The notes under the pieces are model-generated. The model made no database searches, was not told where the DNA came from, and saw only the letters and a list, made by a program, of their open reading frames with translations. Source: Candidatus Eiseniibacteriota bacterium (GTDB lineage: Bacteria > Eisenbacteria > RBG-16-71-46 > SZUA-252). From it: 64,000 bases of DNA. Positions 58,407 through 64,000 of this stretch are shown here, piece by piece. The translations under genes were made by a program, and so were the position numbers. Numbering within the stretch: the stretch's first letter is position 1; every line of letters starts with the position of its first letter. The stretch spans positions 1,536,001-1,600,000 of the forward strand of contig OY969801.1 of the NCBI GenBank assembly GCA_963703225.1, given 5' to 3'.

Positions 58407-60185
58407 TCACCGCATCCGGTCCGGCACGATATCGAGCTTGGCGGTTTCGCAGCCGCGGGTCACCGCGTCGATGTCGACCGCGGTCTCTTCGAGCGTCGCG
58501 CCCTTGGTCATCGAGGTCGCCCCCGATGTGCCGGCGCCTTCCAGCGCGCCGAGGAAGGAGGGGGGCGCCTGCGAGATCTCGCCACCCCGCGCCGTCGCGC
58601 CTTCCCCCGCTCTGTAGAGCTGGACGTAGATCCGGTCGAGCCGTCGCTCCGTTTCCAGGAGCCGGACCACGTCGTCAAAGGTCTGGGGCTTGAATCGATC
58701 GGGAGTCCGATCGTGCTCCCACTTGTCGCTCTCCTCGCCGTCGCATACCCGGACGGTCAATTCGCCTTCCGGTGTCTGGGGCGGAACGCGAATGCCCACC
58801 CGCCGGACCTCCGTCGCGCTGCCGCCTCGGCGCAGCGTGATCTCCACCTGAACCGAATCCCCGGGGGCCGCCTGCGTGGGCCGCACGCGGACCTCGGTGA
58901 TCCGGGCCGCGTCCAGCCCGACCTCGGCGCTCACGTGAACCCGCACCGAATCGAGCGACGTGGGGCGGAAGTGATCGCTCAGGAGGATCTGCAGCGACTG
59001 CGCCACCTCCTCGCCCACCCCGGAGATCGGCGACTGGGTGAGGAGCGCGTTCCCTTTCTTGATCTTGACCGCGCCGCCGTTCATGGCGAACGTCAGATCG
59101 TAGCGGACGGTGGCGTATCCCATGTCGTTCAACGCTTCCGAGATCGAGTTCACGACGGCCGCGGCCACCAAGGACGGCGTGAGGAGTCGGCTCCGCACCA
59201 CCTCGAACCGATAGGCCTTCTCCCGCTTCCCGGTTCCCTCGATCGAAACCGTGACCGGAATCATCGCGGGTGTCGCGCCGATCTCGCCGGATACCCCCAC
59301 GCTCCGGTCGGTGAGGAGCGTGCCGCAGGGCGTCGTGGGAGATCCGACCTTGCTCGAGAGCTGTTGGCTCGCGAATACCGTGTGGATGGTCGCCGCGGTG
59401 AGCGGGAACCGCACCCAGCCCATCGCCGAGAAGGGGTGGCCGAACGCGAGAACCTGGTCGCCGTCTCGATAGGTCAGCGTCCCGATGGCCGCGGCCGACC
59501 AGTCGCCGCGAACCAGCGCCACGCCGACGGCCGAGCCCGGGACCAGCTCGTCGCACGAGATCCCCGGGGCCGAACCTCCTCCAGGTCCCGCGACGAATCC
59601 GCGCTCTTCCATCCACGGCGCGAGAAACCGCATGGCTTCGGCGCCAAATCCGGAGAAGACGAGAGGTGTGGCGATGGGGTGCGCGCCGGCAGGATCGGCG
59701 GCAAGACCGGGCGCTGCCGGATCGGTCGAGCCGAGGCGCCCGTCGGTCTCTTCCGACGGGATCGTCCCCTTGGGGGGAAGAATGTCGAGCATCTCCCCGA
59801 TGGGGGTGATCCCCGCCACGGGATCCTTCGAGAAGGACCAGGTGTAGGCGATGGCGCCCAGGAGCCGTCCGTTGATGTAGACCGGGCTCCCGCTCATCCC
59901 CGCGATGATCCCGGTGCGCTCGAGATAGGCTCCTTGCGCGCGCGCGAGGATGAGCGTCGCGGCGGGCCGCTGCCCCTTGAGCACCCCGAGGATCGACACC
60001 GTGAACGAGTCGATCCGGGTTCCCTCGAACACGCTCAGGCCCATCCCGACCATTCCCGCGCGAACAGAGTCGACCGGGAACGGGCTCAGCGGCGCCCGCG
60101 GAGCCGCGTCGGCCGGGCCGACCGTCAGGACCAAGACGGTAACGAGAAGGGCGTGGGCGGGGGCGAACCGGGAGGTGAGGGTCAT
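58407..60185 (-). CDS. Secreted SpoIVB/peptidase S55 domain protein
   Basis: Signal peptide, GIIAGMSGSPVY, ITPIGEM, AIGTLTY and AFGHPF. Confidence 0.85.
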   Translation of the reverse strand: MTLTSRFAPAHALLVTVLVLTVGPADAAPRAPLSPFPVDSVRAGMVGMGLSVFEGTRIDSFTVSILGVLKGQRPAATLILARAQGAYLERTGIIAGMSGSPVYINGRLLGAIAYTWSFSKDPVAGITPIGEMLDILPPKGTIPSEETDGRLGSTDPAAPGLAADPAGAHPIATPLVFSGFGAEAMRFLAPWMEERGFVAGPGGGSAPGISCDELVPGSAVGVALVRGDWSAAAIGTLTYRDGDQVLAFGHPFSAMGWVRFPLTAATIHTVFASQQLSSKVGSPTTPCGTLLTDRSVGVSGEIGATPAMIPVTVSIEGTGKREKAYRFEVVRSRLLTPSLVAAAVVNSISEALNDMGYATVRYDLTFAMNGGAVKIKKGNALLTQSPISGVGEEVAQSLQILLSDHFRPTSLDSVRVHVSAEVGLDAARITEVRVRPTQAAPGDSVQVEITLRRGGSATEVRRVGIRVPPQTPEGELTVRVCDGEESDKWEHDRTPDRFKPQTFDDVVRLLETERRLDRIYVQLYRAGEGATARGGEISQAPPSFLGALEGAGTSGATSMTKGATLEETAVDIDAVTRGCETAKLDIVPDRMR

Positions 60186-60197
60186 GGGTCGCGGTGG

Positions 60198-60226
60198 AGC
60201 ATAGGGGTGGCGCGGCGGCCCGTCAA
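60198..60226 (-). promoter_or_regulatory. Putative sigma-70 promoter for the S55 gene
   Basis: TTGACG-N17-TATGCT, 12 nt before ATG. Confidence 0.6.
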
Positions 60227-62863
60227 CGAACGCCGCCGGAGCGGGCCCGCGTGCGAAGCCGAGCCAGCTCGTTCAGCGCGTCGAGCGGGGTCATCGACTC
60301 GACCTTGACGTCGGCCAGCTCGCCGAGCAGGGCGGCGCGCTCGTCCGGTGTCACTCCGTCGGCCTGGACCGTCGCCGCGGCGGAGGGATCACCGACCGCT
60401 CCGCCCGATGCGCGCCCCGCGAGCCGCGCGTGCTCGGCCTCCAGCCGCGCGAGAATCTCGCGCGCCCGCTCGAGAACGGGCGTGGGAACCCCGGCGAGCT
60501 GTGCGACGTGAATCCCGTAGGATCGGTCGGCCCGCCCCGCGGCGATCTGATGGAGGAAGACAATCTCACCTCCCTGCTCCGCGACCCGGACGGTCCGGTT
60601 CTTGACGCGCGGGAGGCTCTCCTCCAGATCGGTGAGCTCATGGTAGTGCGTCGCGAACAGCGTGCGGGGCTTCCCCCGCACGCCGTCGTGAAGCGCCTCG
60701 GTGACCGCCCAGGCCAGGCTCAGGCCGTCGTACGTGCTGGTGCCGCGGCCCACCTCGTCCAAGAGGACGAGGCTTTGGTCGGTGGCCTGGCGCAGGATCG
60801 CCGCGGTCTCGCGCATCTCGACGAAGAACGTCGACGCGCCCCGCGCGATCTGATCCGAGGCCCCGACCCTGGTGAAGATACGGTCGACGCATCCGATGGC
60901 CGCCGACTCGCAGGGAACGTAGGAGCCGGTCTGGGCCAGATAGACGCAGAGACCAACCTGGCGGAGGAAGGTGGATTTCCCGCCCATGTTGGGACCGGTG
61001 ATGATCCAGATTTGGCCGGACTCGGGATCGAGATCGCAATCATTGGGGACGAACGTTCCCGGCTCGATCGATCGCTCGACCATCGGATGGCGGGACCGCT
61101 TGAGCCGGAGCCTCCGATCCTCGGTGATCGTTGGCCGCACCCAGCGCTCTCGCGCGGCGACATCGCCCAGCGAGAGGTGGACGTCGATCGCCGCCACCAC
61201 CCGCGCCGCGGCATGGAGCGTTCCCATCTCGGCGAGAGCGTGGTCGCGCAATCGCTGGAAGTGGGCTGCTTCGAGGCGGTGGCTCTCCACGCTCCCCGCC
61301 TCGATCCGCTCCTCCATCCTGGCGAGCTCCGGCGTGACGAAACGCTCGGCCCCGGTCAGGGTCTGCCGGCGCACGTAGTCCTCCGGCACGCGCTGAAGCT
61401 GCGAGCGCGTCACCTCGATCACATATCCAAAGACGCGGTTGTAGATCACGCGAAGGTTGGAGATGCCGGTCCGCTCGCGCTCCCTGGTTTCCAGCGCGAG
61501 AACGGTCCGGCGCACATCGGACGTGTCGGCTCGGAGCCGATCGAGCTCGGGGTCGAAGCCCTGGCGGATGATTCCGCCCTGCGTCGCCTGGAGCGGGAGC
61601 TCCTCCGCCAGCGTCTCCTCCAGCCGCCCGCAGAGCCGAGAGAGATCCGGCAGCGCGGCTCTCCACGATTCGAGGACCGGCCCGGACCGACCTTCGAGCA
61701 TCAGGCGGATCGCCGGAAGGCGGCGGAGCGCCTCCCGGAGCGACCCCAGATCGCGCGGCGTCGCCCGTCCTGATCCCAAGAGGCCCAGCGTCCGTTCGAG
61801 ATCGGGATAGCGATGAAGCCTGTCGCGGGCCTCCGAGCGGAGCGCCGCGGAGGATGCCATCACCGCCGTTCGGTCGAGCCTGGCCTTCACCACCTCGGAG
61901 TCGCTGGTCGGGGAGCGGAGGAGCGAGCGCAGCGAGCGAGCGCCCATCGCGGTTTCGGTTCGATCGAGGAGCTGAAGCAGCGTTCCGTCGGGCCCGGCGG
62001 TGGATTCGAGGACCTCCAGATTTCGAAGCGTCACATCGTCCACGACGAGCGGCTTTCCCTCGCGAAGCGGACGGATCTCTTGGAGCTGCGGGAGATCCGA
62101 TTTCTTGAGGGATTGCAGGTAATCGAGGAGCGCGCCCGCCGCGCCGAACCCTTCGCGCCGCACGTTCAGCCCGAACGACTCGAGCGTCTTGACGCGAAAC
62201 CTCCGCTCCAGCGCCTCCCGTCCGCTCCGGGGGTCGAACCGCGCCGCTTCCCACTCGGTAACGCGGGCGGCCGCGAGCGACGTGCCCGCGCTCGCGGCGC
62301 GCCCGTCGGGCGCGGGATGCCCGGCGTCCCGAGGGTCGGATGGGGTCGGCAGGAGAAGCTCGCGGGCGGGAAATTCCAGCGCCAGGGACGCGATCTCCTC
62401 CGGCGGAACTTCCCCGACGCGAAACTCTCCCGTCGAGACCTCGGCCACCGCCACCCCGATCGCGGAAGGCCCCGCGTTCAGCGCCATGATGTAGTTGCTC
62501 TCGCTCTTCTCGAGGAGGCCGAGGCGCGTCACGGTCCCCGGCGTGACCACCTCGACCACCTGCCGGTCGACGATCCCCTTGGCTTGGTCCGCCGGCTCCA
62601 TCTGCTCGGCGATCGCGACCGAGTAGCCCTGCTCGACCAGTCGCTTCAGGTAGCCTTCCACCGAGTGATGCGGAACGCCCGGCCAAGGGAAGCGGGTCGC
62701 CCTTCTTGTCGCGCGAGGTCAGCGCGATTCCGAGGACCCTCGACGCGACGAGCGCGTCTTCGCCGAAGGTTTCGTAGAAGTCACCCATCCGGAAGAGGAG
62801 GATGCTGCCCGGATGTTCCGCCTTGAGACGGCGGTACTGCTCGAGCATCGGGGTCTGTTCCAC
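60223..62863 (-). CDS. mutS: DNA mismatch repair protein MutS; apparent +1 frameshift near 62680
   Basis: TPMLEQY and FRMGDFYE, then [18 protein letters not shown] and ATHYHEL in a second frame. Confidence 0.97.
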
Positions 62864-62874
62864 GATGCGGCGTC

Positions 62875-63969
62875 CTACCGCGGAACGATGGTGTAGGAGA
62901 AGCCTCGTTCGCGCCTGAGCCTCTCGCCCAGTGCGCGGGCCTCCTCCCTGGCGGCGAATGCGCCCGCGCGCACCCGGAAGACGGGCGGGATCTCGGACCC
63001 TTGCTTGACCGCGACGTCTCCCACGCCCGCGAGCTTGAGATCGCGGGCGAGCGTCTCCGCCAGGTCGCGGCGGCTGAACGCGCCCACCTGCACGGCGAAC
63101 CCGCCGCCCAGCGGGAACGGCGTCGCCGGCGGGGAGCCGACGCGGATGCCCCGATCCCGCGCGCGGGTGGCCTCATAGGAATGGGGGTACCGCACCATCA
63201 CCTGCCGGAAGACGCCGGCGGCGTCGCCGGCGCGGCCGACCGTCTCCAGGCTCACCGCCATCGCGTAGAGAGCTTGGGGCGCGTAGTCCCCCTTGGCGTG
63301 CCGTTCCAGGAGTCGCCGCAGCGCCTCGGTGGCCTCGGCAGGCTTGCTCGCCCGGATCGCGGCCTGGGAGATCGCGAAGAAGTACGCCTCTTCCTGGGGC
63401 GATCCGATGAGCTCCGCCTGGGCGGACCGGAGAAATTGGAGCGCGCCCGCCGCGTCGCCGCGCGCGAGCTGGGCCAGCCCGCGCTGGACGAGCGCCTTTC
63501 GACCAATGAAGTCCTTCTCGACTCCGGGACTGAACACGCTCAGGACGTTCTCCGTCTCCGCGTATTCCCCGCGGACATAGCGCGCGCTCCCCAGGGCGAG
63601 GGTCGCCTCGCGGCGGTGGCGTCCCTTGGGATAGGCCTTGAGATAATCCTCGAGCCCCGCCACGTGCGCGTTGCCGTCCTCGATGAGCATCGCCTTGAGG
63701 TACGCGTAGTCGTCTTCCTTCCCCTTCGGCACCCGCGCGACCGGCACCGCTTCAAAGAGCGGGCGGGATTCGTCGACCCGTCCTTGGGCCAAGGCGTCGA
63801 TGGCTTGCACGATCCGACGCTCCTCGGGCGAGGTCCGATCTGTTTCGGGCGTGGCCGGGTTCGATGGCGGGCTCGCGCCCCAGGACAGGGCCGCCGCGAG
63901 GAACAGTCCGACGATGCCGGAGAGGGCTCGCCTCATGAACGGCGGGACCAACTGAAGCAGCTGGGGCAT
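62875..63969 (-). CDS. Exported TPR protein with C-terminal SPOR domain
   Basis: Signal peptide, TPR-like repeats, FAVQVGAFS and FRVRAGAF. Confidence 0.85.
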   Translation of the reverse strand: MPQLLQLVPPFMRRALSGIVGLFLAAALSWGASPPSNPATPETDRTSPEERRIVQAIDALAQGRVDESRPLFEAVPVARVPKGKEDDYAYLKAMLIEDGNAHVAGLEDYLKAYPKGRHRREATLALGSARYVRGEYAETENVLSVFSPGVEKDFIGRKALVQRGLAQLARGDAAGALQFLRSAQAELIGSPQEEAYFFAISQAAIRASKPAEATEALRRLLERHAKGDYAPQALYAMAVSLETVGRAGDAAGVFRQVMVRYPHSYEATRARDRGIRVGSPPATPFPLGGGFAVQVGAFSRRDLAETLARDLKLAGVGDVAVKQGSEIPPVFRVRAGAFAAREEARALGERLRRERGFSYTIVPR

Positions 63970-64000
63970 CGCGACCAGTACTCCTCACTCTGCTCGCCGC

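Overview
High-GC bacterial core-genome segment (visually about two-thirds GC) in which every credible gene lies on the minus strand. A Candidatus Eisenbacteria/Gemmatimonadota-like diderm is a guess from gene content only. In transcription order (right to left): TPR-SPOR protein, mutS, a SpoIVB/S55-type protease plus large secreted beta-propeller protein, a multi-GAF protein with degenerate GGDEF, M24 peptidase, mutL, miaA, tRNA-Gly, DUF512 radical-SAM/PDZ, der, plsY, gpsA, MerR, tRNA-Pro, acyltransferase, GT2, surE, pcm, GT-C membrane protein, tRNA-Pro, acyP, a sigma-70 factor, proline iminopeptidase, an accessory TlpA-DUF4266-DUF3570-ApbE cluster, a C-methyltransferase/UXS-like/Ugd sugar cassette, tRNA-Arg, MBL hydrolase, lipoprotein, aroF, GT-C protein, tRNA-Val, thrS, L20 leader, infC-rpmI-rplT-pheS-pheT, zapB-zapA, 6S RNA, then a tightly coupled run rny-ymdB-folD-xseAB-ispA-DUF212-dxs-nadK-recN-trpEGDCFB-epimerase, with no trpA in the window. 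At least nine single-base frameshifts, including one in the essential pheT, point to sequencing indels. No mobile element or CRISPR array was seen. The best candidates for poorly characterised systems are the ApbE/DUF3570 flavinylation module, the S55 protease/propeller pair, the I-site-only GAF-GGDEF protein and the branched-sugar cassette. Family assignments come from motif recognition by eye, not from database searches.
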